From positions 1,682 through 65,681 of the forward strand of contig JBDIBF010000002.1 in assembly GCA_039812765.1 (NCBI GenBank): a stretch of DNA of 64,000 nucleotides. The letters run 5' to 3'. The first letter of the stretch is position 1. Every line of letters starts with the position of its first letter. The position numbers and the translations under genes were made by a program. The notes under the pieces were generated by a model that made no database searches, was not told where the DNA came from, and worked only from the letters and a program-made list of their open reading frames with translations. This DNA comes from Holophagaceae bacterium (GTDB lineage Bacteria; Acidobacteriota; Holophagae; Holophagales; Holophagaceae). Shown here one piece after another: positions 21,521 to 30,683 of this stretch.

Positions 21521-21582
21521 AGGACGGATCCTTCCTGCCGCTGTATCGGTCAATGAGGCTCAATTCGAGGTCCGGCCGGCCC

Positions 21583-22314
21583 TCACCCACGCCCCGGAAT
21601 CACGTGCCACAACACCGCCGCCACGTGGCACGCGCTGCCCGCCATGACCCACAGGTGCCACACCGCATGGTGGAACCTCAGCGACCGCCACCCGTAGAAC
21701 CCTGCGCCCAGGGTGTAGCAGGCGCCGCCGGCGAAGAGCCAGGCCAGCCCGCCGGGGCTGAGGGCGCGCCACAGGGGCACGATGGCGATGACGATGAGCC
21801 AGCCCATGGCGAGGTAGACCGCGAGGCTCAGGGCCGAGATACCCCTGGGCATGCGCCGCGGCGGTTCGGGGACGCTGTGGAGGTGGTCCACCGCGGGCGG
21901 CGGCGGGAGGGGCAGCCAGAGGCCGTAGGTCACGGCCTTGAGGGTCACGCCGAGCACCGCCAGGCCCCAGATCACGCCGAAGAGGCTCCAGCCCCAGGCG
22001 CCCTTCAGCACGGCGAGGCAGAAGGGCGTGTAGGTGCCGGAGATGAGCAGGTAGATGGCCGCGTGGTCCAGGATCTTGAAGACCTTCTTGGCCCTCGGCC
22101 CGCGCAGGGCGTGGTAGAGCGTGCTCATCAGGTAGAGCAGCACCAGGGTGGCGCCGAAGAGGGCGGCGCCCACCACGTGCCGGGCGCTGCCGCGCAGCGA
22201 AGCGAAGGTGACCATGACGGCCAGGGCCGCCACGGCGAGGGCCGTGCCGATCCCGTGGGTCAGCGCGTTGGCGCGCTCCTCCACGCGGTCCTGGGCCCTT
22301 CCCGGGCTCCTCAC
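21583..22314 (-). CDS. hemolysin III / PAQR-family membrane protein
   Basis: Seven-TM PAQR pattern (NALTHGIG, LYLMSTLYH, DHAAIYLLISGTYTP, HAVWHLWV). No ATG is available; GTG 22314 was chosen, in frame and 17 nt after the upstream stop. Confidence 0.78.
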   Translation of the reverse strand: MRSPGRAQDRVEERANALTHGIGTALAVAALAVMVTFASLRGSARHVVGAALFGATLVLLYLMSTLYHALRGPRAKKVFKILDHAAIYLLISGTYTPFCLAVLKGAWGWSLFGVIWGLAVLGVTLKAVTYGLWLPLPPPPAVDHLHSVPEPPRRMPRGISALSLAVYLAMGWLIVIAIVPLWRALSPGGLAWLFAGGACYTLGAGFYGWRSLRFHHAVWHLWVMAGSACHVAAVLWHVIPGRG

Positions 22315-22331
22315 CGGAGGCTCCCCGCCGC

Positions 22332-23585
22332 TCAACTGGCCGCCCGGCGCTTCGGCGGCGTGAGTTCGCGCTCCAGTTCCGCGAGGGCCTGGCCCAGGCG
22401 GTCCGCCACCGGCGTGCGGAGGTCCGGCGGGGGCGCGTCGATGCTGTCCCACACGCTGCGGGCCTCGTCGTTGATGACGTCCAGGCGCAGGCCGAGGCCG
22501 TGCCGCGCGAGCTTGGCGCCGATCTGCTGTTCCCGCCGGCGCAGGGTGGCCCGCGTCGCCCGGTAGCCGATCTCGCAGACCTCGCGGCGCGCCGCGAAGC
22601 TGAAGATGTTGCTGAAGAAGAGGCGGGATTCCTCTTTGGGGGGTTCGAAAAAGGCGATGTCGGCGTCGGGGAAGGTGGTGCGGTAGCGCGCCATGCCCAC
22701 CTTCATCCGCGAGTAGATGAGGGTGCGCAGGGTCTGGGAGAGCACCGAGGGCAGGCCGCCGCGCTGGATGGCGCCGGGGCCCGCCTTCTCCAGCACCTCG
22801 CCGTGGAGGGCGTCCACGGGGACCAGGGGGTTCACGCAGAAGAGCAGTTCCGCGCCGTGCTCCAGGCCCACCGAGGCATGCAGCGTCTTGAGCAGCACGC
22901 CGTCCACGCACATGCGGCCCTCGATCTCCACCGGCAGGTACATGCCCGGCAGGGCCGTGCTGGCCTGCACGGCCTTCGAGATGGGGACGTGGTCCAGGCC
23001 CTTGTCCCCGAACACCACCGCCGTGCCATTCTCCAGGTCCGTCGCCACCACCAGCAGCTTGTGGCGCAGCTTGCGGAAGTCGTCGGTGCGGCCCCCGCGG
23101 GAGAAGGACTTCTGGAGGTAGCGGGCCAGGGCCGCGTTGTCGAAGAGGCCCAGGGGCAGGGCCCGGCCCAGGCGGGCCAGGGAGTGGAAGAGGGTCTGCT
23201 CCTCGGGGGAGCGCCCCACCTGGAAGAGGGCGTCCGCCAGCAGGCCCGGCAGCTTGGCGCTGCTCGCGATCCAGTTGGCGTAGGCCGGCATGAAGAGCAC
23301 CGAGGGGTCGAAGGGCGGCCCCCCGTCCTCCTCGGTGGCGAGGCCCCGCACCAGGTCCGTGGGCGTCCGCCCGTTCACGAGATGCGCGGCCATGAAGGCC
23401 CCGGCGCTCACCCCCACGTACACGTGGAGGTCGTTGAGGTCGAGGCCCTCGATGCACTCCTCGAGGGCCTTCAGGGCGCCCACCTCGTACAGGCCGCCCA
23501 GGGGCCCGCCGGCCGCCAGGGCGAGGCCGATGCGATGCTTCCTGGCGGCGCGGGGGGTCGGGCGGTTCGGGCGGTCCTGGCCCAT
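22332..23585 (-). CDS. patatin-like phospholipase
   Basis: Start at internal ATG 23585 (MGQDRP). Oxyanion GGPLGG, lipase GVSAG (GxSxG) and a catalytic DGV dyad motif. Confidence 0.85.
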   Translation of the reverse strand: MGQDRPNRPTPRAARKHRIGLALAAGGPLGGLYEVGALKALEECIEGLDLNDLHVYVGVSAGAFMAAHLVNGRTPTDLVRGLATEEDGGPPFDPSVLFMPAYANWIASSAKLPGLLADALFQVGRSPEEQTLFHSLARLGRALPLGLFDNAALARYLQKSFSRGGRTDDFRKLRHKLLVVATDLENGTAVVFGDKGLDHVPISKAVQASTALPGMYLPVEIEGRMCVDGVLLKTLHASVGLEHGAELLFCVNPLVPVDALHGEVLEKAGPGAIQRGGLPSVLSQTLRTLIYSRMKVGMARYRTTFPDADIAFFEPPKEESRLFFSNIFSFAARREVCEIGYRATRATLRRREQQIGAKLARHGLGLRLDVINDEARSVWDSIDAPPPDLRTPVADRLGQALAELERELTPPKRRAAS

Positions 23586-23593
23586 GGCGGACC

Positions 23594-24016
23594 TCAGGCC
23601 TGGGCGGCCGGCTTGGCCTTGGAGGCCTTCTTCGGGGCGGGCTTGGACTCGGCCTTGGCCTTGGCGACGGCCTTGGTGAGCTCCTCGACGCGCTTGGTGA
23701 GGGTCACGATCTCCGAGCGGGTGGGCACGCCCAGCTTCTGCATGGCGCTGGCGAGGCCGGCCTCGAGCGGGGCGGCGAGGTTCTTCACGGCGCCCTTGGC
23801 CTCGTCCTTCAGCTCCACGGCGCGCTCGCCGAGCCCTGCCAGCTTGGCCTTGTTCTGTTTCTCGACGGCGGTGCCCTTCTTCACGAGCTGCTGGAAGACC
23901 TTGCCGCCCTCCTCGCCAGCCACGGAAAAGGCCCCGAGGCCCGCCAGCCAGATCTCGCGCGCCGATTCCTTGACCTTCGCCGCGCCGTCGTTCTTGGTGT
24001 TCTTCTTGGTCGCCAT
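23594..24016 (-). CDS. phasin (PhaF-like PHA-granule-associated protein with AKP-rich tail)
   Basis: ATG 24016 preceded by GGAGGA. IWLAGLGAFSVAGEEGGKVFQQLVKKG and VPTRSEIVTLTKRVEEL resemble the TIGR01837-type phasin. Histone-H1-like KAKAESKPAPKKASKAKPAAQA C-terminus. Confidence 0.8.
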   Translation of the reverse strand: MATKKNTKNDGAAKVKESAREIWLAGLGAFSVAGEEGGKVFQQLVKKGTAVEKQNKAKLAGLGERAVELKDEAKGAVKNLAAPLEAGLASAMQKLGVPTRSEIVTLTKRVEELTKAVAKAKAESKPAPKKASKAKPAAQA

Positions 24017-24059
24017 GGTGTCCTCCTGGCATCCGGCCACGGGCCGGGAGTGGTGTGGT

Positions 24060-24557
24060 TCAGCGGCGGACGGGGCGCCGCGCCCCCTTGGTGTTCCGGC
24101 CCTTGCTGCCTGCGCCGTTCGCGGCGCCCTTCCTCGTCTTCTTCGTCTGCTCGAGATCGGCGAGGGCGGCCTCCAGCTCCGCCAGCCTCGCCTTCAGCTG
24201 GTCCATGTCCTGCTGCAGGGGCCCCGCGAGGGCCACCTTGTCGAGGGAGGACTGCACCAGCCGCTCCACGCCCGCCTGGACCTGTCCGACGCGCTCATTG
24301 AAGGCCTCGTGGCCCTTGCGGATGACGTCGTGCAGGAAGGCGGTGGGGAGGATGGAGTGGCCCCGCTTGTGGTCCTCGAAGAGGGTCTGGGCCAGCACCT
24401 GGGCGGTGACGTCCTCGCCGGTGGCGCTGTCGAGGACCTGGATCTCCTGGCCCTCCCCGATCCACTCGGAAATCTCCTCCAGGGAGACGTAGCGGCTCTC
24501 TTCGGTGTCGTAGAGCTTCCGGCTTCCGCCCCCATAGCGCTTGACCACCCGGATCAT
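24060..24557 (-). CDS. phaR: polyhydroxyalkanoate synthesis regulator PhaR
   Basis: Start at internal ATG 24557. N-terminal IRVVKRYGGGSRKLYDTEESRYVSLEEI is the canonical PhaR DNA-binding motif. Confidence 0.85.
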   Translation of the reverse strand: MIRVVKRYGGGSRKLYDTEESRYVSLEEISEWIGEGQEIQVLDSATGEDVTAQVLAQTLFEDHKRGHSILPTAFLHDVIRKGHEAFNERVGQVQAGVERLVQSSLDKVALAGPLQQDMDQLKARLAELEAALADLEQTKKTRKGAANGAGSKGRNTKGARRPVRR

Positions 24558-24638
24558 CGGGATCCCTCCGGACTCCAATTTGCCGCATTGCGGAAAACGC
24601 GCAAGGGGAAATTCCGCAGTGCGGCAAACTACCTGGGG

Positions 24639-25715
24639 TCAGGCTCCGGCCCGCGTCCGGGACCGGGCCAGGACCAGCGCCCCCAGGTCCTCCAGGCCCT
24701 GCAGATCCGAGGGCGGCGCCCCCAGCAGGGGCAGGTCCACCACCGGCGGCCCCGAGGCCAGGCGGGCGCGGAACTGGGCGAGGCCCCGGAGGTCCCGCGC
24801 CCCGAGATGCCGGAGCAGGGCGATGCCGGTCCCCTCGGCGCCCGCCGCCTTCGGGACCTCCGGATGCATCTGGTTCACCAGCACCGGACCCAGGGGATGG
24901 CCGGCCTCCTTCAGCCGGCGGAGGAAGAACATGGCGTCGGGGATGCGCTCCTCGCCGGCGCCGGTGACCAGCACGAAGAGGGTCTCCGGGGAGCGCAGGA
25001 GGGTCCGGACGGCTTCGGCCCGCTCCCGGAAGCCGTCGAAGAGGGGCGCGAAGTCCCGGATGAAGGCCACGAGGTCCATGAGGAAGCCCCGCCCGATGAG
25101 CCGGTCGGCGTAGGCCTCCACGCTGCGGGCGGCCATGCGCATGAGGAAGGTCCGGTCCTGCTTCTCCCACCACGGCTTCGCCGCGGCCTTCACGGGCCGG
25201 GCGTCGAGGAAGCGGATGATGCGGTCCGGGGCCTCGAGGAAGTCCAGGGCCTGCCGGGTGGGCGGCGTGTCCAGGACGATGCGGCCGTAGCCGCCGGCCT
25301 CCTGCACCTCGAAGAGGCGCTCCATGGCCATGTACTCCAGGATGCCGGACAGGCTGCCGGCCAGCCGCGCGTAGAAGGGGTTGGCGTAGATGCGGTCGCG
25401 GGCCTCCGGGTCCGGCGCGTGGCGCGCCACGATGCGGTCGAAGGTGGTCTTGGCATCCAGCAGGGCGGCCTCCAGGCGCGCCGGCCCCGCCGCGGGCACG
25501 CCCACCGGCGCGTCCCGGGCGGCCTGGGCCTGCGCCGGGTTCAGGCCCAGGGCGTCCTTGAGGCGCAGGGAGGGGTCGAAGGTCATCACCAGCGTGTCGG
25601 TGCCCTGCTTCGCGGACTGGAGGGCCAGGGCCGCGGCCAGGGTCGTCTTGCCCACGCCGCCGGCGCCCACCAGCACCACCAGGCGCCGGTCGAAGGGGGC
25701 GAAGGTCGCGCTCAC
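24639..25715 (-). CDS. ArsA/Get3-like P-loop ATPase (second of a pair)
   Basis: GTG 25715 overlaps the upstream stop (GTGA). Deviant Walker A VGAGGVGKTT. ArsA-like length and layout (DTPPTRQALDFL). Confidence 0.8.
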   Translation of the reverse strand: MSATFAPFDRRLVVLVGAGGVGKTTLAAALALQSAKQGTDTLVMTFDPSLRLKDALGLNPAQAQAARDAPVGVPAAGPARLEAALLDAKTTFDRIVARHAPDPEARDRIYANPFYARLAGSLSGILEYMAMERLFEVQEAGGYGRIVLDTPPTRQALDFLEAPDRIIRFLDARPVKAAAKPWWEKQDRTFLMRMAARSVEAYADRLIGRGFLMDLVAFIRDFAPLFDGFRERAEAVRTLLRSPETLFVLVTGAGEERIPDAMFFLRRLKEAGHPLGPVLVNQMHPEVPKAAGAEGTGIALLRHLGARDLRGLAQFRARLASGPPVVDLPLLGAPPSDLQGLEDLGALVLARSRTRAGA

Positions 25716-26605
25716 CGCGGCACCTCCACGCAGCTCGGGGCGAGGTCCTCCAGCAGGTCCCGGGAGCGGTCCAGGGGCAGGAGGGGCAGTTCCACCCGCG
25801 ACCCCTTCCAGCCGGTCTTGAGGCGCTTCAGCTCCGTCTCGTTCACCTTCCGGCGCTGCCGCCACAGGGCGAGGGCGTCCTCCGGCCCCCGGTCGGAGGC
25901 GGGGCAGGGCGGATACAGGGCGTTCACCACCACGGCCTCGGGGCCCCGGCCGAGCCGGGCCTCCATCTGGGCGACCAGCTCCAGGGCCTCCTGCACCGGC
26001 ATCTCCTCGGCGAGGGTGGCGGCCACCACGGCGGACTTCGCGGGATCCGCCAGGAAGGCGGCGATGTCGCCGATGACAGCGCCGAGCTGGCCGTCGCGGA
26101 TGCTCTCCGCCAGCAGTCCCGGAGCGGCCAGCAGGCCCACGCCGTGCCCGCTGGCGGGGGCGTCCAGGAGCACGAGGTCCACCGGAGGCGTGCCGCCGTG
26201 GACGGCAAGGCCCCAGGCGTGGCCCAGCAGCGCCGTCTCCTTGAGGCCGGGCGCCCCCTCGACGAAATGCTGGTAGAGCGGATGCTCGAGGATGCGGGTG
26301 GCCAGGATGCCGAGGGGCACTTTGGAGCGCACCAGCTCCGCCATCACCGCCTGGGCCTGGAGGTTCTGGATCCAGAGCCGGGGTCCGGCGCTGACCACCG
26401 CGCCGCCGCTGGGCTCCACGCCGAGGACCTGGTGCAGGCTCTCCCGGGGGTCCGTCTCCAGGAGCAGGACCCTGCGCCCGATTCTGGACAGCAGCAGCCC
26501 CAGGAGGGCGGTGACCGTGGTCTTGCCCACGCCCCCCTTGCCCGTCACCACCACCAGCTTCCGCGCGGCGAGGCGCTCCAGCAGCGGCAAAGCGGGGGTC
26601 GGCAT
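25712..26605 (-). CDS. ArsA/Get3-like P-loop ATPase (first of a pair)
   Basis: 297 aa. VVTGKGGVGKTTV Walker A, LLDAPASGHG switch-like motif. Confidence 0.8.
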   Translation of the reverse strand: MPTPALPLLERLAARKLVVVTGKGGVGKTTVTALLGLLLSRIGRRVLLLETDPRESLHQVLGVEPSGGAVVSAGPRLWIQNLQAQAVMAELVRSKVPLGILATRILEHPLYQHFVEGAPGLKETALLGHAWGLAVHGGTPPVDLVLLDAPASGHGVGLLAAPGLLAESIRDGQLGAVIGDIAAFLADPAKSAVVAATLAEEMPVQEALELVAQMEARLGRGPEAVVVNALYPPCPASDRGPEDALALWRQRRKVNETELKRLKTGWKGSRVELPLLPLDRSRDLLEDLAPSCVEVPR

Positions 26606-26709
26606 GGCGCGCGGTCTCCGGCCCCAGGGTACCGTCGGCCCCGGCCCCGGTCCCGGGACTACCCGAAGTAGACGGAGAGCGGAGGACGTCCAAGCGCTAC
26701 GATTCCCGG

Positions 26710-28338
26710 GTGAAGGACCACCACGGCACCTACGACTTCGTCATCATCGGCTCGGGCTTCGGGGGCAGCGTCAGCGCCCTGCGGCTGGCCCAGAAGGGCT
26801 ACTCGGTGCTGGTGCTGGAGCGGGGCCGGCGCTTCCGGGACCAGGACTTCGCCAAGAGCACCTGGAACCTCCGGCGCTACCTGTGGGCGCCGCGCCTGGG
26901 CCTGCGGGGCATCCTCCAGATCAGCCCCTTCAAGGACGTCTTCGTGCTCCACGGCGCCGGCGTGGGGGGCGGCAGCCTGGGCTACGCCAACGTCCTCATG
27001 CAGCCCCTGGACGAGGCCTTCGACAGCCCGGCGTGGCAGGTGCCCGTGCGCTGGGGCGAGGTGCTGAGGCCCCACTACGCCGAGGCGCGGCGCATGCTCG
27101 GGGTCGCGCTGAATCCGCGCCTGACCCCGGCCGACCAGGTGCTGAAGGGCATCGCCGAAGGCCTCGGCCGGGGGGACAGCTTCCGCCCGGTGGAGACCGG
27201 CACCTTCTTCGGCGAGCCCGGGCAGGAGGGCCAGGAGGTCCCCGACCCCTATTTCGGCGGCGAAGGCCCGGCCCGGAAGGCCTGCATCCACTGCGGGGGC
27301 TGCATGGTGGGCTGCCGCCACAACGCGAAGAACACGCTGCCCAAGAACTACCTGTACTTCGCCGAGAAGCTGGGCGTGGAAGTGATGCCCGACACGGTGG
27401 TGCGGGACATCCGGCCGCTCCAGGGCGCCGGCGACGGCGCGCGCTACGAGCTGAGGCTCGCCGGCCCGGGCTGGTTCAGCCTCCCCCGGAAGCCCGTGCG
27501 GGCGAGGAACGTCATCGTGGCCGCCGGGGCCCTGGGCACCCTGCGCCTCCTGTTCCGCTGCCGGGACGTCACGAAGTCCCTGCCGGACCTCTCCCCCCGC
27601 CTCGGCGAGCGCGTGCGCACCAACAGCGAGGCCCTGCTGGGCAGCGTGGCCCGCAAGCACGACGTGGACTACTCCCGCGGCATCGCCATCACCTCCATCA
27701 TCCAGGCCGACCCCATCACCACCGTGGAGCCCTGCCGCTACCCTGCGGGATCGTCGCTGATGCGGTTCCTCAGCGGGCCGGTGGTCACCTCGGGCGGTTT
27801 CCTGTCCCGGGTCTTCCAGTCGGCGCGGGACATCCTCAAGCGCCCCGGCGACTTCCTGCGCACCCACGTGCGTCCGGGCTGGGCCGAAGCGGCCACCATC
27901 CTGCTGGTCATGCAGTGGGAGGACAACCGCCTGAAGCTGCGGCCCGGTCGCAGCCGCTTCACCTTCGGCCGGCGGGACCTCGTCTCCGAGCCCGATGGCG
28001 TCGCGGCCCTGCCGCCCCCGAAGGTGGAGACCGCCCATGCGGTCCTGCAGAAATTCGCCGAGGCCACCAACGGCATCCCCATGGGCAGCATCAACGAGGG
28101 CCTCTTCAACATCCCGCTCACCGCGCACATCCTGGGCGGCGTGCCCTTCGGCCAGGACGCCTCCGAGGGGGTCATCGGCGCGGACTGCCAGGTCCACGGC
28201 CACCCGGGGCTCTACGTGGTGGACGGCTCCATCCTCCCGGCCAATCCCGGCGTGAACCCGAGCCTCACCATCACCGCCATGGCGGAGTACGCCATGAGCC
28301 GGGTGCCGGAAAAGCAGGCTCTGGGCTCTGGGCTCTAG
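26710..28338 (+). CDS. GMC-family FAD oxidoreductase (cholesterol-oxidase-like)
   Basis: GTG start. YDFVIIGSGFGGSVSALRLAQKGYSVLVLERG Rossmann motif, C-terminal GMC motif (VVDGSILPANPGVNPSLTI). Confidence 0.85.
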   Translation: MKDHHGTYDFVIIGSGFGGSVSALRLAQKGYSVLVLERGRRFRDQDFAKSTWNLRRYLWAPRLGLRGILQISPFKDVFVLHGAGVGGGSLGYANVLMQPLDEAFDSPAWQVPVRWGEVLRPHYAEARRMLGVALNPRLTPADQVLKGIAEGLGRGDSFRPVETGTFFGEPGQEGQEVPDPYFGGEGPARKACIHCGGCMVGCRHNAKNTLPKNYLYFAEKLGVEVMPDTVVRDIRPLQGAGDGARYELRLAGPGWFSLPRKPVRARNVIVAAGALGTLRLLFRCRDVTKSLPDLSPRLGERVRTNSEALLGSVARKHDVDYSRGIAITSIIQADPITTVEPCRYPAGSSLMRFLSGPVVTSGGFLSRVFQSARDILKRPGDFLRTHVRPGWAEAATILLVMQWEDNRLKLRPGRSRFTFGRRDLVSEPDGVAALPPPKVETAHAVLQKFAEATNGIPMGSINEGLFNIPLTAHILGGVPFGQDASEGVIGADCQVHGHPGLYVVDGSILPANPGVNPSLTITAMAEYAMSRVPEKQALGSGL

Positions 28339-28423
28339 GCTCCGGTCAGGACGGTGGGCTCTAGGCTTTTAGCCAAGCCCTTGGCGTCATGGCAAGAGCC
28401 CAGAGCCCATAGCCCATAGCCCT
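28315..28423. repeat. heptamer (GGCTCTG/GGCTCTA) tandem tracts arranged as an inverted repeat
   Basis: GGGCTCTGGGCTCT (left, overlapping the GMC stop) and AGAGCCCAGAGCCC (right) are exact complements about 55 nt apart. The centre holds GCCAAG-CC-CTTGGC. Confidence 0.7.
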
Positions 28424-28434
28424 ACACTGAGGGC

Positions 28435-29214
28435 ATGACCGCCCCGACCACCCTCGCCGCCCTCATGGCCGCCCTGCGCCATCCCGCGTCGGGATGCCCC
28501 TGGGACCTGGAGCAGGACCACCGGAGCCTGGCGAAGTACCTCCGGGAGGAGGCGGCGGAGGTGCTGGACGCCCTGGCCGCCCACGTGCCCGGGGACGAGG
28601 CCTCGGAGCGGCACCTGCGGGAGGAACTGGGCGACCTGTGGCTGCAGGTGGTCTTCCACGCCCGCATGGCGGCGGACCGCGGCGCCTGGGACCTCCATGA
28701 CGTGGAGCGCGCGGTGGTGGAGAAGCTGGTGCGGCGCCATCCCCACGTCTTCGGCGACGTAGCGGTCAACGGCTCCGAGGACGTGCTCACCAACTGGGAC
28801 GCCATCAAGCAGGAGGAGCGGGGCGGGGCCGAGCGCCGGCTGCTGGAGGGCATGGCCGCGAGCCTCTCGCCGCTGGAGGAGGCGATGGTGATCGGGAAGA
28901 AGTGCGCGAAGGTGGGCTTCGAGTGGCCCGACCTGGACGGCGTCCTCGACAAGGTGAAGGAGGAGGTCGGCGAGCTGCAGGCCGAGACGGATCCCCGGCG
29001 CGTGGAGGAGGAGTTCGGCGACGTGCTCTTCTCCCTGGTGCAGTGGGCCCGCAAGAAGGGCGTGGACCCCGACCGCGCCCTGCGCCGGCAGATGACGCGC
29101 TTCCGCGCGCGCTTCGAGGCCGTGGAGGACGACGCGAAGGCCCACGGCGGCTGGGAGGCGCGGAGCCTCGAGCAGATGGAGGCCGCCTGGCAGGCGGCGA
29201 AGCGGATGGGATGA
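28435..29214 (+). CDS. mazG: nucleoside triphosphate pyrophosphohydrolase MazG
   Basis: CPWDLEQDHRSL and EEAAEVLDAL with tandem MazG domains (EEVGELQAE, EEFGDVLFSLV). Confidence 0.9.
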   Translation: MTAPTTLAALMAALRHPASGCPWDLEQDHRSLAKYLREEAAEVLDALAAHVPGDEASERHLREELGDLWLQVVFHARMAADRGAWDLHDVERAVVEKLVRRHPHVFGDVAVNGSEDVLTNWDAIKQEERGGAERRLLEGMAASLSPLEEAMVIGKKCAKVGFEWPDLDGVLDKVKEEVGELQAETDPRRVEEEFGDVLFSLVQWARKKGVDPDRALRRQMTRFRARFEAVEDDAKAHGGWEARSLEQMEAAWQAAKRMG

Positions 29215-30671
29215 TGTTCCCGCTGCCTTCCTTCATCCTCACGTTGTCCCATCCGGTCCGGGAGGACGCCCTCGCCTGCGCGCGGGCCCTCCCCGCCGAG
29301 GTCCTTCCGGAGCTGCGCCTGGACCTTTTCCGGGGAGCGGATCCCGCCTCGATCACGCGCGACCTCGGCGGCCGCTGCGTCGTGACCGCGCGCCGGGTCT
29401 CCGAGCTTGGCCTGTGGCCGGACGATGATGAGGCCGGACGCCTCGCGGCCCTGCGGGCGGCGGTCGAGGCCGGCGCCGCCTGGGTGGACCTCGAGTGGGA
29501 GCTTCCCATCCCCGCCTGGCTCGCCGCGCGCCGAGGCCAGGTCGGCCTCCTGCGCTCGGTGCATGTGGCGCCCGGTGTCTTCGACGGCCTCGCGCGGCTC
29601 CAGAGCCTGCCGGAAGGCGACGCCTTCAAGTGGGTGGGCCACGCGGACTCCCTGCGGGACCTCGCCCACGCGAAGACCTTCTGCGAGGCGGCGGCGTCAA
29701 AAGGCCTCGTGGCCGCTGGCTTCCTCATGGGCCCCAAGGGCATCGCGTCGCGCTGTCTGCAGCGGGCCTGGGGCTGCGCCTTCACCTACGCCGCGCCGGA
29801 GGACCGACTCCCCGCCGCGCCCGGGCAGCTCTCGCTGGCCACCCTGCGGGCCTGGGGCGTCCACCGCGCGGGACCCCGCACGAAGGTCTTCGCGGTGGCG
29901 GGGGAGCCCGTGCTCCACTCCCGCTCGCCCGCCTTCCACAACCGGCGCTTCGCCGAGGCCGGCGTGGACGCGCTCTACCTGCCCCTCGAGTCCCCGGATC
30001 CGGACGAGGTCCTCACCGCCGCGGGCATCCTCCACGCGCAGGGGCTGAGCCTCACCGCGCCCTTGAAGGAGAGCCTCCCGCCCCGACTCGGGCTGAATGG
30101 CCCCCTGAACACGCTGTGGCGGGAAGGAGGCGCCTGGCAGGGGGCGAACACCGACGCCGAAGCGCTGGAAGCGGTCCTCCGCGGCCTCCCGGCCGGGCCC
30201 GTCCTGGTGCTCGGCAGCGGCGGCGTCGCGGCCACCAGCCTGGCCGTGGCGGAGCGCCAGGGGCGGAAGGCCCGCGCCGCCTCGAGGCAGGCCCCGCTCA
30301 CGGCCGCGGAGGTGTCCGCCTTCGCCCCGGTGGGGGTCATCCAGGCCACCAGCCTCGGCATGTCCGCGGGCGATCCCGCGCCCTTCCCGGAGCTGCTGGA
30401 GGCCGCGCGGCCGGGCCTGGCCTGGGCCGTCGAGTGGATCTACAAGGAGCGCACCGCCTTCGCCGCCTGGGCGCGGGCATCGGGACTCCACCTCGTGGAG
30501 GGCGCGGCCCTCTTCGAGGCCCAGGCCGAAGCCCAGAGCCGACGCTTCCTGCGCGTCGCCGGCGTGGCGGCAGGGCTTGGCCCGGACGCCACGTGGGGGA
30601 GCACGAGGGGGGACGAAGCGCGACCGCGGGAAGCGGGCGGTCCCCCCTCGTTCAAGCCAGGCGAAGGCTGA
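29211..30671 (+). CDS. bifunctional 3-dehydroquinate dehydratase (type I) / shikimate dehydrogenase
   Basis: ATG 29211 overlaps the mazG stop (ATGA). N-terminal ELRLDLF type-I DHQase pattern. C-terminal AroE pattern (FAVAGEPVLHSRSPAFHN, GANTD, VLGSGG). Confidence 0.8.
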   Translation: MMFPLPSFILTLSHPVREDALACARALPAEVLPELRLDLFRGADPASITRDLGGRCVVTARRVSELGLWPDDDEAGRLAALRAAVEAGAAWVDLEWELPIPAWLAARRGQVGLLRSVHVAPGVFDGLARLQSLPEGDAFKWVGHADSLRDLAHAKTFCEAAASKGLVAAGFLMGPKGIASRCLQRAWGCAFTYAAPEDRLPAAPGQLSLATLRAWGVHRAGPRTKVFAVAGEPVLHSRSPAFHNRRFAEAGVDALYLPLESPDPDEVLTAAGILHAQGLSLTAPLKESLPPRLGLNGPLNTLWREGGAWQGANTDAEALEAVLRGLPAGPVLVLGSGGVAATSLAVAERQGRKARAASRQAPLTAAEVSAFAPVGVIQATSLGMSAGDPAPFPELLEAARPGLAWAVEWIYKERTAFAAWARASGLHLVEGAALFEAQAEAQSRRFLRVAGVAAGLGPDATWGSTRGDEARPREAGGPPSFKPGEG

Positions 30672-30683
30672 TAGCCTCCAGCC

